A DNA stretch of 64,000 nucleotides from Verrucomicrobiaceae bacterium (GCA_051252135.1 JBPOGH010000009.1:64001-128000); one strand, 5' to 3'; shown: positions 27,720 through 38,134, numbered from the stretch's first letter. The notes: generated by a model from the sequence alone, not told the origin. Numbers and translations are program-made.

Positions 27720-28337
27720 TCAGGTGGTTCGTGGAACGGGTGGTTTGATCCTGGACCACTGTTGGGAGCGGATGAAGCCGGACCATTGGGTTGTTTCGCT
27801 TTGGCAGGTCCAGCCACGTGACTGGAGGATGCTGCGGGTTGGGGGGAGGGTTTTGGTGCGGAGGCCGGTGGTGAGGGCGAAGAAGCGGTACATGACCCAG
27901 GTGAGGAGGCGGGCGATGAGGCATTCGGCTTTTCCGTGGGTTTCGTGGGGGAAGAAGTCGCCGACGATGAGGGTGTCGGCTTTGGGAAGTTGGTCGAGGA
28001 AGCGGTGGGCTTCGGGTTCGGTGAAGAGGTCGAGGACGAAGTTGAGGATGATGGCGTCGCAGGGGGCTGCGGTGTCCGCGGAGACGAAAGTGAGGCCGGG
28101 GTTTCGGTTGAGGGACTGTCGGCGCATGGCTTCATCGGGCTCGATGACCTGGAGTCGGATGTCGGGGCGCTCTTTGAGAAGGGCTTGGGTGAAGCGGCCG
28201 TCGCCATCGCCGACGGTGAGGACGGTTTGTGGGAGTTCGCGGATGAAGGCGGTGCGGCAGTGCTGGAGGGCGTTGCCGAAGATGAGGCGTTCGCTCCAGG
28301 CGTAGAGGGGCGCGAGGAGGCGGTAGCCGAGGTTCAT
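27720..28337 (-). CDS. SAM-dependent methyltransferase-like protein
   Basis: [11 protein letters not shown] motif I, NFVLDLF and VGDF. Confidence 0.7.
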   Translation of the reverse strand: MNLGYRLLAPLYAWSERLIFGNALQHCRTAFIRELPQTVLTVGDGDGRFTQALLKERPDIRLQVIEPDEAMRRQSLNRNPGLTFVSADTAAPCDAIILNFVLDLFTEPEAHRFLDQLPKADTLIVGDFFPHETHGKAECLIARLLTWVMYRFFALTTGLRTKTLPPTRSILQSRGWTCQSETTQWSGFIRSQQWSRIKPPVPRTT

Positions 28338-28540
28338 GGGGCAAAGGTTTCGAGCCAGAGCTTCTCGACCTTGTCGCGGGCCCAGGGGGTGCGGCGGATG
28401 AACTTGAGGGTGGATTTGACGGAAGGATCGTTGGCGAAGCAGCGGATGCGGATGCGGTCGGCGAGACTGTCCCAGCCGTGGTGATCGACGAGGTCGTTGA
28501 TGATTTGTTCGAGTTTAACTCCGTGAAGTGGGTCGGCCAT
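28334..28540 (-). CDS. VF530/DUF2132 family small DNA-binding protein
   Basis: [11 protein letters not shown]...GW...[24 protein letters not shown]. Confidence 0.9.
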   Translation of the reverse strand: MADPLHGVKLEQIINDLVDHHGWDSLADRIRIRCFANDPSVKSTLKFIRRTPWARDKVEKLWLETFAP

Positions 28541-28551
28541 GTGGTGCGACT

Positions 28552-29262
28552 TTACTTCATTTTTTTAAGGAAGGCGACGATATCAGCGGGCTCGGCGCGG
28601 GAGCGGTAGTCGGCCTCGACGAAGGCCCATTTGATGGTGCCATCCCGGGCGATGATGTAGGTGGCGGCGAGGGGGAGTTTGTTGGTGCCTGCTTCCTTCC
28701 CGTTGAATTCGGCGAGGTCGAAGAACTGGCCGTAGATTTTTTCGACCTCCGGGGTGAGGGTGAAGACGAGACCGTATTCATCCGCGACCTTGTTGTTCAA
28801 GTCAGTGAGGACCTGGAACTCGAGTTCGTTTTTTTCGGTGGTGGTGAGCGCCTTGTCGGGGAGTTCGGGGGTGAGGGCGATGAGTGAGGCGCCTGCGGCT
28901 TTGAATTCGGGGAGCTTTTCCTGCATGGCCGCCATGGCGATATTGCAGTAAGGGCACCAGCCGCCGCGATACCAGGTGAGGACGACGGGGCCTTTTTTGA
29001 GTTCGTCGGCGAGGGTGACCTCCATGCCGGTGGCATTTTTGAGGGTGAAGGCGGGCGCTTTGTCTCCGACGTTTTTGGCCTTTTCGGTGATGCCTGATTT
29101 GCGGACGGTTTCGATGCCTCTGGAGTTCTCGGCGGCCATTTCGGGCGTCATTCTTCCCGATTTTTGAGAAGCGCGCTCCTTGAGCTTTTCGGCGAGAGTG
29201 TCGGCGTGGACGAGAGAGGTGGAGAGGAGGGTGAGAGCGATGAGGTTCTTCATGGGTTTCAT
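28552..29262 (-). CDS. Secreted peroxiredoxin-like AhpC/TSA family protein
   Basis: [18 protein letters not shown] and LPLAATYII; signal peptide. Start at 29262 or 29253. Confidence 0.88.
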   Translation of the reverse strand: MKPMKNLIALTLLSTSLVHADTLAEKLKERASQKSGRMTPEMAAENSRGIETVRKSGITEKAKNVGDKAPAFTLKNATGMEVTLADELKKGPVVLTWYRGGWCPYCNIAMAAMQEKLPEFKAAGASLIALTPELPDKALTTTEKNELEFQVLTDLNNKVADEYGLVFTLTPEVEKIYGQFFDLAEFNGKEAGTNKLPLAATYIIARDGTIKWAFVEADYRSRAEPADIVAFLKKMK

Positions 29263-29419
29263 GAAGAGAGAGTCATTTGGTTCCGGGATTATTCCAAAGA
29301 TTTTCAAGGATTGGGCTTTTTAGGAGGCGACGACAGTCGAAGGGCGCTGCGGGGGTGAAATCAAGTTTACTCGAAAGGCTTTATTGTCGATCCTTCCAGC
29401 TCATTCCCGAATTCAGATT

Positions 29420-31555
29420 ATGCGCTCCCAACGACTCCTCTCCCTTTTCTTTCTCCTGCTTTCATGTTTCCGGATTGATGCGGCCCCGACGGTTTATCCC
29501 AAAGTGGAAGTGAAGCTCTCGGAGTGTCAGGGGATCGCGGATGAGAAAGGGGTGATGCGGCGTGATCCGAGTGACGTGATCAACGTGGGGGGGCAGTATT
29601 ATGTCTGGTATACCAAGGGCGCTGAGTCAGGTGGATACAATGGCACGGTGTGGTATGCGACCTCCCCGGATGGACATGTCTGGACTGAGAAAGGGGAGGC
29701 GCTTGCGCGGGGGAAGAAGGGGCATTGGGATGGGCAGAGTGTTTTTACTCCGAACATCATGGTAGCGGAGGGGCGCTACTGGCTCTTTTTCACGGGGGTG
29801 TCTTTTTATCCCGGGAAAGGGAAGGGGCCGGATTCGAAGATCGGGATCGCGGTGGCCGATTCTCCTGATGGTCCATGGGAGAAGCTTGCGAGCAATCCTG
29901 TGCTCTCGAATAGCGATGATCCGAAGCAGTTTGACAGTCATCTGGTGGATGACGCCTGTTTGATCGTGCGCGATGGGAAGTATTGGTTTTACTACAAGGG
30001 GCGTCAGCTCGGGAAGAGTCCGGCGCAGACCCAGATGGGGCTGGCGATTGCGGACAAGCCGGAGGGGCCTTACGTGAAAGTGGACAAGAATCCGGTGATT
30101 CCGGGGAATCATGAGGTGCTTGTTTGGCCGCAGGGAGCGGGAGTGGCGGCGATGATTGGTTCGACCGGCCCGAAGGAGATCAGGCGCTCGCTGATGTATT
30201 CCGAGGACGGGATGAACTTTGTGAAGACGCACGAGGTGGTGAACTCTCCTTTTGCGCCGGGTGGGTATCGTCCGGAGGCGTTCACCGGGAGTGATGCGGG
30301 AGCCCGTCTCGAATGGGGAGTTCATATTGGAAAGAAGAAGGGGCATCTGCCCTTCATTGAGCGCTATGACCTGAAGGTCGAAGGGGAGCCGGAGGAGGGC
30401 TTTGCGGGTGATGTTACTTTTTTAAAGAGGCACACGGACCTTCTTGTTTTGCGAAGTGGAGAGGCGGCGGTGGCGGTGGCTCCGGCGTATCAGGGTCGGG
30501 TGATGACGAGCACCTTTGATCACGAGAGAGGGCCGAGCTTTGGCTGGATCAATCGGCCGGTGATCGAGAAGGGCTTTCTTTCGGATGAGGAGCGGAAGGG
30601 GACCCTGGAGGAGCACATTTATATCTTTGGGGGTGAGGAGAGATTTTGGCTGGGGCCGGAAGGGGGGCAGTTTGCGTTGTTCTTCAAACCGGGGACGAAA
30701 TTTGAGTTCTCCGATTGGACCACGCCGCCGGTGATCGATACGGAGGCTTTTCAGGTGACTGCGAAGTCCGGGAGCTCGGCCCGTTTTGAGCATGACTGTG
30801 AGTTGGTCAATTACAGTGGAGCGAAGTTCTCGGTGGGTATCGAGCGGACGGTGAAAATCCTGGGCCGGAAGGAAGCAGAAGGTCTGCTCGGGGGAGCGTT
30901 GGGTGCGGGGAGTAAGCTGGTGGGTTACGAGACAGACAACCGGATCACGAACAAGGGGAAGGAAGCGTGGAGCGCCGAGACGGGGCTGCTTTCGATCTGG
31001 ATTTTGGGGATGTATAATCCTTCGCCCGAGACGACGGTGGTGATTCCTTTTCAGGAGGGAGCAGAGGATGAACTGGGGCCGAAGGTGAACGACAGTTACT
31101 TTGGCAAAGTTCCCGAGGATTATCTCAAGGTGGAGGAGGATGTTCTGTTCTTCCGGGGTGATGGCACGCGGCGGGGGAAGATTGGTCTGACGCCCCAGCG
31201 CTCGAAGGGAATTGCGGGGAGTTATGATGCGTCGGGGAAGGTGCTCAATATTGTGACTTACAATGTGCAAGCGGCTCCCGAGGGGTTCGTGAACTCGATG
31301 TGGGAGATTCAGGAGAAGCCCTATGCGGGAGATGTGATCAATTCCTACAACGATGGATCTCCGGAGCCGGGAGCGGCTCCACTGGGTCCATTCTATGAGC
31401 TGGAGACGTCATCGCCTGCAGCGGCCCTGAAGCCGGGCGGGACGATGAAGCATGTGCAGCGGACCTTCCATGTGCACGGGCCGGAGGCGGAGCTTGAAGG
31501 GTTGGCGAAGCGGCTGCTGGGTGTCGGACTGAAGGAGATTCAGGCGGCGTTTTAG
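29420..31555 (+). CDS. Secreted GH117/GH43-like five-bladed propeller fused to a DUF6786-like domain
   Basis: N-half has RRDPS, YYVWYTK, WYATSPDG, SVFTP and FYYKG. C-half has YQGRVMTST, GGEERFWLGPEGG and FYELETSSPA. Confidence 0.7.
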   Translation: MRSQRLLSLFFLLLSCFRIDAAPTVYPKVEVKLSECQGIADEKGVMRRDPSDVINVGGQYYVWYTKGAESGGYNGTVWYATSPDGHVWTEKGEALARGKKGHWDGQSVFTPNIMVAEGRYWLFFTGVSFYPGKGKGPDSKIGIAVADSPDGPWEKLASNPVLSNSDDPKQFDSHLVDDACLIVRDGKYWFYYKGRQLGKSPAQTQMGLAIADKPEGPYVKVDKNPVIPGNHEVLVWPQGAGVAAMIGSTGPKEIRRSLMYSEDGMNFVKTHEVVNSPFAPGGYRPEAFTGSDAGARLEWGVHIGKKKGHLPFIERYDLKVEGEPEEGFAGDVTFLKRHTDLLVLRSGEAAVAVAPAYQGRVMTSTFDHERGPSFGWINRPVIEKGFLSDEERKGTLEEHIYIFGGEERFWLGPEGGQFALFFKPGTKFEFSDWTTPPVIDTEAFQVTAKSGSSARFEHDCELVNYSGAKFSVGIERTVKILGRKEAEGLLGGALGAGSKLVGYETDNRITNKGKEAWSAETGLLSIWILGMYNPSPETTVVIPFQEGAEDELGPKVNDSYFGKVPEDYLKVEEDVLFFRGDGTRRGKIGLTPQRSKGIAGSYDASGKVLNIVTYNVQAAPEGFVNSMWEIQEKPYAGDVINSYNDGSPEPGAAPLGPFYELETSSPAAALKPGGTMKHVQRTFHVHGPEAELEGLAKRLLGVGLKEIQAAF

Positions 31556-32592
31556 AGTTCGGCCTTTTCCTTTTTAAGGCGGAGCTGGCCGCAGGCGGCG
31601 TCGATGTCGTGGCCTTTTTCGAGGCGGAGGGTGGCGGAGACGCCGGCTTTGGTGAGGACGTTTTTGAAGCGGAGGCAGTCCTCATCGGAGGGGCGAGTCC
31701 ATTGGAGTCCTTCGACGGTGTTGTAGGGGATGAGGTTGACCTTGGCGCGGATGGAGGCGGCTCGCTTGGCGAGGATGGCGGCGTGGTCGGGGTCGGCGTT
31801 GATGCCGTCGATGAGGATGTACTCGAGGGTGATCTTTTGGTTTTTGCGTGAGTTCCAGAGGCGGAGGGCGTCGAAGAGCTCGGCTACGGGGTATTTTTTG
31901 TTCACCGGCATGATGCGCTCGCGGACTTCATCGGTGGGGCCGTGGAGGGAGATGGCGAGGCGGATTTGCTGGGGAAGTTCGGAGAGTTTTTTGATTTGGG
32001 GGACGAGGCCGGAGGTGGAGACGGTGATGCGTCGGGCGCCGATGTTGAGACCCCAGTCCGAGGTGATCATTTCGAGGGCGAGACTGAGATTGGTGAAGTT
32101 GGCGAGGGGTTCGCCCATGCCCATGAAGACGAGGTTGTTGACCTTTTCGCCGGAGAGTTCCTCGGCGAGGATGATTTGGGAGACGATCTCGGCGGCGGTG
32201 AGGTTGCGGGTGAAGCCATCGAGTCCGGAGGCGCAGAACTTGCAACCGTAGGCGCAGCCGACCTGGGAGGAGACGCAGAGGGTGTGGCGGTCCGAGGTTT
32301 CGCCGTAGAGGGCGGGGGAGGCGGGGATGAGGACGGTCTCGATGTAGCGCTTGTCGGGGAGCTGGAGGAGGAACTTGCGGGTGGTGTCGGCAGAGCCCTT
32401 GGTGAGGGTGTGGGTGAGGGGGCGGAGGGGGTATTGGGCGGCGAGGGCCTCGCGGAGGGCGGGGGGGAGGTTGCTCATTTCTTCCCATGACTGCGCGCGT
32501 TTTTTGTAGATCCAGTCGAGGATCTGGTCGGCGCGGTAGGAGGGTTGGCCTTGCTCGGTGAGGAGATCGGCGAGTTGTGAGCGGGTCAGCAT
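31552..32592 (-). CDS. rlmN: 23S rRNA/tRNA m2A methyltransferase (radical SAM)
   Basis: CVSSQVGCAYGCKFC, MGMGEP, SLH and DIDAACGQL. Confidence 0.96.
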   Translation of the reverse strand: MLTRSQLADLLTEQGQPSYRADQILDWIYKKRAQSWEEMSNLPPALREALAAQYPLRPLTHTLTKGSADTTRKFLLQLPDKRYIETVLIPASPALYGETSDRHTLCVSSQVGCAYGCKFCASGLDGFTRNLTAAEIVSQIILAEELSGEKVNNLVFMGMGEPLANFTNLSLALEMITSDWGLNIGARRITVSTSGLVPQIKKLSELPQQIRLAISLHGPTDEVRERIMPVNKKYPVAELFDALRLWNSRKNQKITLEYILIDGINADPDHAAILAKRAASIRAKVNLIPYNTVEGLQWTRPSDEDCLRFKNVLTKAGVSATLRLEKGHDIDAACGQLRLKKEKAEL

Positions 32593-32659
32593 GCGGGGAG
32601 ATTAGAACCGCAGATGAGGGAAATGAACAGGATGAGATGGGGAAATCCTCAATCCGGAG

Positions 32660-32725
32660 AAACCCTAAATTCTAGAATTTGAAATTCTAAACAAACTCCA
32701 AATCTGAAATGCGAAGTTCGAAACT
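32660..32725. repeat. AT-rich degenerate short tandem repeat (AAATTCT/GAAAT-like units)
   Basis: aaaccctaaattctagaatttgaaattctaaacaaactccaaatctgaaatgcgaagttcgaaac stands out in a G-rich background. Confidence 0.5.
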
Positions 32726-32903
32726 GGTTATTGATGGTCGGGAGTCTGAGTGGTTGGCTTTGCTTGGTTGAGGGGGATTTGACCACAGAGAGAGCAGAGA
32801 GAACGGAGCTTTGGTGGGTTGGGTGGTTGCGGGGGGCCTGCGGGTGGGTTGTTTGGTGGGGCGGGGTGCCGGGCTTGGCCAGGAGATTGGGGGGATGGGT
32901 GGG

Positions 32904-32964
32904 ACCAGGGCGGCGCTCGTTCCTCGCTCTGCCCTTCGCTGCGTTATTTCGGCCCGTTGGGCCT
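32904..32964. repeat. REP-like palindromic element
   Basis: AGGGC-GGCGCTCGTTCCTCGCTCT-GCCCT hairpin followed by a GGCCC-GTT-GGGCC hairpin, just past the stop of 32986..33666. Confidence 0.5.
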
Positions 32965-32985
32965 GTTGGGTGGTTGCGGGTGGGG

Positions 32986-33666
32986 CTAGTTTTTTTGGAA
33001 GCGGATGCGGTAGAAGTGTTTTTGGGTGGGGGAGTCTTGGGTGAGGGTGATGGTGGTGGAGCCGGGATTTTGTTGGAAGGTGGCGGGGAGGGGGAGCCAG
33101 GTGGGGGCGTCGGGTGAGGCGGCTGCTTCGATGGAGGCGAAGGTGGGGAGGGCGGGGGAGACGATCCAGGTGACGGTGTTTCCGGTGCGTTCGAGGGTGA
33201 GGGTTTTGAGGGAGTCGGAGGGGTCGCGGGGGTTGGTGCCGAGGAGGGCTTCGGCGAGGGTGGTGAGTCCGTCGCCATCGTGGTCGATCCCACTTTCGTC
33301 GGTTCCGTTGTTGAATTGGTAGAGGGCTTCGAAGTTGTCGGAGAGGCCATCGCCATCGGAGTCGGCGAGGGTGGGCCCGGAGGCGGTGGCGTTGACGGAG
33401 GCGGGAGCGGCGGTGGGGTTGAGGGGGGAGTTGTTGGGCTCGTTGGCGAGGGTGAAGTTGAGGGAGGCGGGGGCGGGGAGGAGGGGGCCCCATTTGAGGA
33501 TGCCGCGGGCGGCATCGAAGGAGCCGCCGTGGCTGGCATTTTTAACGATGGTTCCGGCGGGGAGGGGGAGTTCGACGAAGGCGGGATCCGCGGTGGGTTG
33601 GATGGTGATGGAGTAGGTTCCGGCGAAGACGGGGGTGGTGAGGAGGAGAAGGAGGAGAGGTTTCAT
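32986..33666 (-). CDS. Small secreted protein: beta-sandwich, DxDxDG repeats and recurrent C-terminal module
   Basis: Signal peptide; DSDGDG and DHDGDG...GTNP; ends FYRIRFQKN. Confidence 0.75.
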   Translation of the reverse strand: MKPLLLLLLTTPVFAGTYSITIQPTADPAFVELPLPAGTIVKNASHGGSFDAARGILKWGPLLPAPASLNFTLANEPNNSPLNPTAAPASVNATASGPTLADSDGDGLSDNFEALYQFNNGTDESGIDHDGDGLTTLAEALLGTNPRDPSDSLKTLTLERTGNTVTWIVSPALPTFASIEAAASPDAPTWLPLPATFQQNPGSTTITLTQDSPTQKHFYRIRFQKN

Positions 33667-33686
33667 TTTATGAAATGGTGGTGGGT

Positions 33687-36600
33687 TTAGTCGCGGAGGG
33701 ACTGGGGGAGGGAGATGAGTGAGAAGGAGCCATCGTTGCTGAGGGAGTAGGTTTGGTTCCCGGTGGTGGTGGCATTGGCGGCGGTGAAGTGGACGAGGAA
33801 GTCCTGCATGCCGGAGGAGTGGAAGACGAGGTCGGGCCAGCCGTCGGCGTTGAAGTCGGCGAGGGACATGGTGGAGCGGCCATCCGGTCTTTCGGGGGTG
33901 AGATCGGTGGTGATGGCGGCGGCGGAGTTGAGGATTTGGTGCCGGTAGGTGGAAGTGAAGGGGTCCTCGGAGAGGAGGGTGGTGGAGCCATCCGGGTTGA
34001 CGGCAGCGGCGCGGGGAATCCAGTTGCCCTGGGTGGCGAGGTGGATGGTGGCGGTAGCGGATGGACCGGTGGCGGTGCCCTTCCAGGTGATGAGGTTGGC
34101 GTTGGAGTCCCGGCCGGCGTAGTCGAGGAGGCCGTCCTGATCGAAGTCACCGAGGCCGATGACGTGTTGTCCGGAGGTGAGGGTGATGAGGGTGCGGGCG
34201 ATGAATTTGTTATTGGCGGCATCGCGCTCCCAGAACTCGAAGTAGTTGTTTCCGTTGAACTCGCGCTGGACGAAGAGGCCACTTGCTCCGGTGGGGGAGA
34301 GGCGGCCGTAGAGGACGGGGGTGAGGGTGTCGGCGAGGGCGGAGCGGGTGTCCTCGTCAAGCCAGAGGGTCATGCTTTGGAGGGCGCCGCCTGCGGTGAA
34401 AGTGCCGAGTTGGAGTTCGGTGGTGAAGGTGGAGAAGTCGGTGCGATCGAAGGGGTAGAGGATGGTGGGTCCGGTGAAAACGCCTCCGGAGGTGGTGGTT
34501 GAGGGGAGCGGGGTGGCGGGTGGGGGGAAGTTGCCGGGGCCATTGAGGTCCGCGGGTGAGTTGGTGAAGTAGTTTCCGATTTCCTCGGGGGTTTCGCCGG
34601 GTTCGGGATCGGGGTCGTCCGGAGGTTTGGGGAGGTCCTCGGGTGGGACGGGGTGGTCCTCGCGCTTTTTCTTTTGTTCGTCGCAGTAGAGGAGTGATTT
34701 GTCGTCGTTGTAATTATGGATGACGCTGAGGGCGAGGCCGAGGTTTTCGATGTTGGTGTAGGCGGTGAAGATGGATTGCTGGAGGGCGGAGCCGCGGATG
34801 AGCTCGTAGTCCCGCAGGGAGATGCCTCCGCAGCAGTGGTTGTAGAACTCGAAGGGGCTGGATCGGGGGGCGCTGCCGAGGGGGGTGCAGATGATGAGGT
34901 CGTCCTCGACGGTGGGGATGCGGACGGTGGAGTGGTGGTTGATGTCGACCTTTTGGTAGACGGCGGTGACGGAGGAGTAGAGGGTGCGGTTAGGGTCCTC
35001 GGTATCCTGCGGGTAGACGATGGTGCCGCTGACGGTGAAGTTGAGGTCGGGCCGGGCTTCGGTGCGGGGGTATTCGACGGTGGCGGCGTAGAGGATGGTT
35101 TCGTCATCCTCCGGGTGGATGGTGGGGCCGAAGGTGTCGATGACTTCCCCGCGTCCGCTGAGCCAGGTGATGGCGAGTCCGGATTCATCGGTGTTGTCGT
35201 CCTTGGTGAGGGAGTATTCGAAGTGGATTTGGTAGATGTCGGGAGAAACGGTGATGATCTCAACGACGGGATCGCCGTTGCCTTTTCCAAAGTGGGGGAG
35301 CCATGCGGAGTCGCGCGGGTCGCCGGCGAGTTGTTCGTCAGAGAAGTAGTCCCCGCCGATTTGTGCGGCGGTGCGCTCGACGATGGGTTGGGTGGGGTTT
35401 TGGAAATCGAGGAGGGCGAGGGCGACTCCGCTGCTGGAGGTCTCGAAGGTGCGGGAGTCGGGCCGGGAGTCGGCGACTTCCTTATCGAAGCTGGTGATGA
35501 GTTGGCCGAGGCCGGTGATGAGCGGGGTGCCGTCGATGGTGGTGCCATTGACGGTGATGGGGCTGTTGAGATCGGAGGGCTGGAAGTCTCCGTAGCCGGC
35601 GTTGAAGGAGAAGGTTTTGGTGGGGAAGAGCATGCCCTCGGCGAGGGTGGAGGGGTTGAGCTGGTAGGTTTCTGCGGCCTGGACGAACTTGAGGCAGGGT
35701 CCGGTGGTGTAGTATCCTTGGGCGACGAAGTCATCCTCGCCGGTGGCGCGGACGGTGATCTCGGCTTCCGGTTCGTCGGGGAGGGTGAGGGTGGCGGTGG
35801 TGTCTCCGGTGGGGGTGAGGGTGCCGCCGCCGCGAATGATCTCCCAGGTTTCGACTTTGAAATCGGGGTCGGGTTTGTGGGGGAAGGCGGTGATGGAGAT
35901 GGTCTCGCCGGGGTCACGGCAGATTTTGGTGGGGTCGAGATCGAAGACCTTGGCGCGGTAGAAGATGGTGGCGGACTCCGAGACGGCGGGGTAGGAGTTG
36001 GCCTCGAGGCAGCCCATGGCCTGGGATTCGGCGATGACGAGGAGGGGGTATTTTTCGTGGTCGGTGGGGACGGGGTAGTTTTCGAGGTCGTGGGTGGATT
36101 CGGTGGAGCGGAAGGGTGAGTTTACGTTGGTGATTTCCTGGTAGACCTTTTTTCCTTCTTTGTCGTAGATGGACCATTTGAGGTCCTTGTTCTCGTAGGA
36201 GCTGGAGATGTCGACGGTGAGTTTGGGCGGGTCGTCGAAGTCATCGAGCGAGTAGGTGGGCGGCTGGAAGGAGAGGCGGGGGTGGTCGCTGAGGAGGACG
36301 GCGTCCTGTTTGAAGGGGGGGGTGTTGGGGAGGTTGTTGTCTCCGAAGTTGAGGCTGGTGGTGGTTTTGATTTTGAGCTCGATGAGATCGCGTCCGGGGG
36401 TGACGGGCTCGAAGCAGTGCTTGAGACCTTCGTAGAGGGCGAAGCGTCCGAGTTTGCTGGTGAGGATGACCTTGGGGTCGTCGTTGTCATTTGGGACGGG
36501 GATGTCGGACCAGGTGCAGGAGGGGGGGCTGTAGTCGAGGCCTTTGATTTGGTTGTAGGTGCCATCGATGGCGGCTTGGCGTGCTTTGCCGAGGTCGCTG

Positions 36601-37997
36601 GAGTAGTAGTCGACGAGGGCGTCTGCGACTTTGCCTTTGTTGCCCTCGGCGAGGCCTTTGAGGTCGTCGGGTCCGGGGACTTTGTTATCGAGGAGGTATT
36701 TGGCCATTGAGAAGGAGTCGGAGGTGATGGAGGCCTTGAAGTTGGCGAAGCAGGCGATGCCGCACTCGCCGCTCAGGTGTGGGCTGTCGGTGGGCATGGG
36801 TTGGGGGAGCGGGTTGGAGTTTCCGTCCCGGAGGTCGTAGGTGAGGCGGGTGAAGGTTTTGGGGAGCATTTTTTTGTCCCACTCGCTGAGGAGGCTGTGG
36901 AGTTCGAGGGGGATGGTGATGGCGAGGCCGGCGCGTTTGGCGAGGAGTTTGCTATCGGAGGCGAGGCGTTCGCCGAGTTTTTCGGCGCCTTCCTGGAGTT
37001 TTTCGAGTGCTTTGTCCTGGGCTTTTTTGGCGAGGGACTCGTCGTTTTCAGCGGCCTCGAGCTTGGCGCGGTGGATGGTGAAGTCGATGAGGTCGACCCA
37101 ATTGTTGATGGTGACGCAATCCGAGGAATTCCGGGTGGAGCGGGTGTTCCGGGTGGCGACCGGTTGAGGGGAGAGAGGGTCGGGGAGGTTGGCTTTTCCG
37201 GAGTAGAGGGCGAAGAGTTCTTCGGCGATGAGGATTTCGAGTTCGGTGTCAGCGGTGGCGGGTGCGTTTTTGAGGCGGCGGATGGTTTCGGCGGAGTGCT
37301 TGAGGTAGGCGTAGTGGTAGCCCATGAGCTTTTCGAAGGTGGAGGTGGCGGCGCCGGTGGAGAGGTTTTGGACGGTGGTGTCGGGATTCCATTGGCCGTG
37401 GTTGGCGATGGCGGCTGCGGTGGATTCCATGAAGGCGGGGAGGTTGATCTGTGAGCGGTCGATGGGGAGGAGGCGGAGGTGGCCGAGGCGCCAGGTTTGG
37501 GAGGAGTCGCTGACTTCGATCTCGATGTCACGGGTGGGGAGCCAGGGAGAGGGGACGTAGGGGGCGAGGAAGGAGAAGGAGTTGTTGCCGGTGTCGATAT
37601 CGAGGCTGAGCCATTCCTGAGTGTGGAGGGGGCGGAAGCGGGCGGTGAGGGTGCCGTTGGGGTTGGAGAGGCCGATAATCTCGACGTCTTCGAGCGGGAG
37701 GCAGGCGCGGGTGGTGAGGGAGAGGTAGTCGTTTCCAGCGGGAGGTGAGGGGAGCCAGTTGTGGGGCTGGGGGAGCTGGGTGTTTTCGAGGTAGGTTTCA
37801 CCGGAGCGCCAGATGAACCAGGCTTGGGCGAAGTCGGGATCGTCGAGGCCGTTGTTTTTGGAAGCGGGGTCGGTGATGAGGGAAAGGGCGTTGGCGAGCT
37901 CGGTGGCGGTGATGCGCTGGTCCTGATTGAGATCGGCCGGGTGGGAGAGGGCGAGAAGGGGGAGTTGGAGAGTGAGGAGAAGGACGAGGAGGCGCAT
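33687..37997 (-). CDS. Large secreted protein (1436 aa) with an N-terminal dockerin/EF-hand-like motif and C-terminal FG-GAP-like repeats
   Basis: Signal peptide; HPADLNQDQRITATEL; GDFDQDGLLD and ADFNADGWPDL. Confidence 0.75.
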   Translation of the reverse strand: MRLLVLLLTLQLPLLALSHPADLNQDQRITATELANALSLITDPASKNNGLDDPDFAQAWFIWRSGETYLENTQLPQPHNWLPSPPAGNDYLSLTTRACLPLEDVEIIGLSNPNGTLTARFRPLHTQEWLSLDIDTGNNSFSFLAPYVPSPWLPTRDIEIEVSDSSQTWRLGHLRLLPIDRSQINLPAFMESTAAAIANHGQWNPDTTVQNLSTGAATSTFEKLMGYHYAYLKHSAETIRRLKNAPATADTELEILIAEELFALYSGKANLPDPLSPQPVATRNTRSTRNSSDCVTINNWVDLIDFTIHRAKLEAAENDESLAKKAQDKALEKLQEGAEKLGERLASDSKLLAKRAGLAITIPLELHSLLSEWDKKMLPKTFTRLTYDLRDGNSNPLPQPMPTDSPHLSGECGIACFANFKASITSDSFSMAKYLLDNKVPGPDDLKGLAEGNKGKVADALVDYYSSDLGKARQAAIDGTYNQIKGLDYSPPSCTWSDIPVPNDNDDPKVILTSKLGRFALYEGLKHCFEPVTPGRDLIELKIKTTTSLNFGDNNLPNTPPFKQDAVLLSDHPRLSFQPPTYSLDDFDDPPKLTVDISSSYENKDLKWSIYDKEGKKVYQEITNVNSPFRSTESTHDLENYPVPTDHEKYPLLVIAESQAMGCLEANSYPAVSESATIFYRAKVFDLDPTKICRDPGETISITAFPHKPDPDFKVETWEIIRGGGTLTPTGDTTATLTLPDEPEAEITVRATGEDDFVAQGYYTTGPCLKFVQAAETYQLNPSTLAEGMLFPTKTFSFNAGYGDFQPSDLNSPITVNGTTIDGTPLITGLGQLITSFDKEVADSRPDSRTFETSSSGVALALLDFQNPTQPIVERTAAQIGGDYFSDEQLAGDPRDSAWLPHFGKGNGDPVVEIITVSPDIYQIHFEYSLTKDDNTDESGLAITWLSGRGEVIDTFGPTIHPEDDETILYAATVEYPRTEARPDLNFTVSGTIVYPQDTEDPNRTLYSSVTAVYQKVDINHHSTVRIPTVEDDLIICTPLGSAPRSSPFEFYNHCCGGISLRDYELIRGSALQQSIFTAYTNIENLGLALSVIHNYNDDKSLLYCDEQKKKREDHPVPPEDLPKPPDDPDPEPGETPEEIGNYFTNSPADLNGPGNFPPPATPLPSTTTSGGVFTGPTILYPFDRTDFSTFTTELQLGTFTAGGALQSMTLWLDEDTRSALADTLTPVLYGRLSPTGASGLFVQREFNGNNYFEFWERDAANNKFIARTLITLTSGQHVIGLGDFDQDGLLDYAGRDSNANLITWKGTATGPSATATIHLATQGNWIPRAAAVNPDGSTTLLSEDPFTSTYRHQILNSAAAITTDLTPERPDGRSTMSLADFNADGWPDLVFHSSGMQDFLVHFTAANATTTGNQTYSLSNDGSFSLISLPQSLRD

Positions 37998-38134
37998 GAG
38001 ATGACGGGGCAGAATTCGGGAGCAAGTGCGCCGATGATTCTATCGAAATGGGTGGGGTGAATCAAGGAAGGGAGGATGGGGAAATGTGATGCGGGATAAG
38101 GGATTGATTTGGAGGGAGCGGGAGAGGGGCTGTC

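Noticed and set aside
28552..29262. Possible selenoprotein given nearby selB
   Set aside because: The redox motif is WCPYC with Cys codons. I found no convincing in-frame UGA/SECIS candidate in the window, although no systematic scan was possible.
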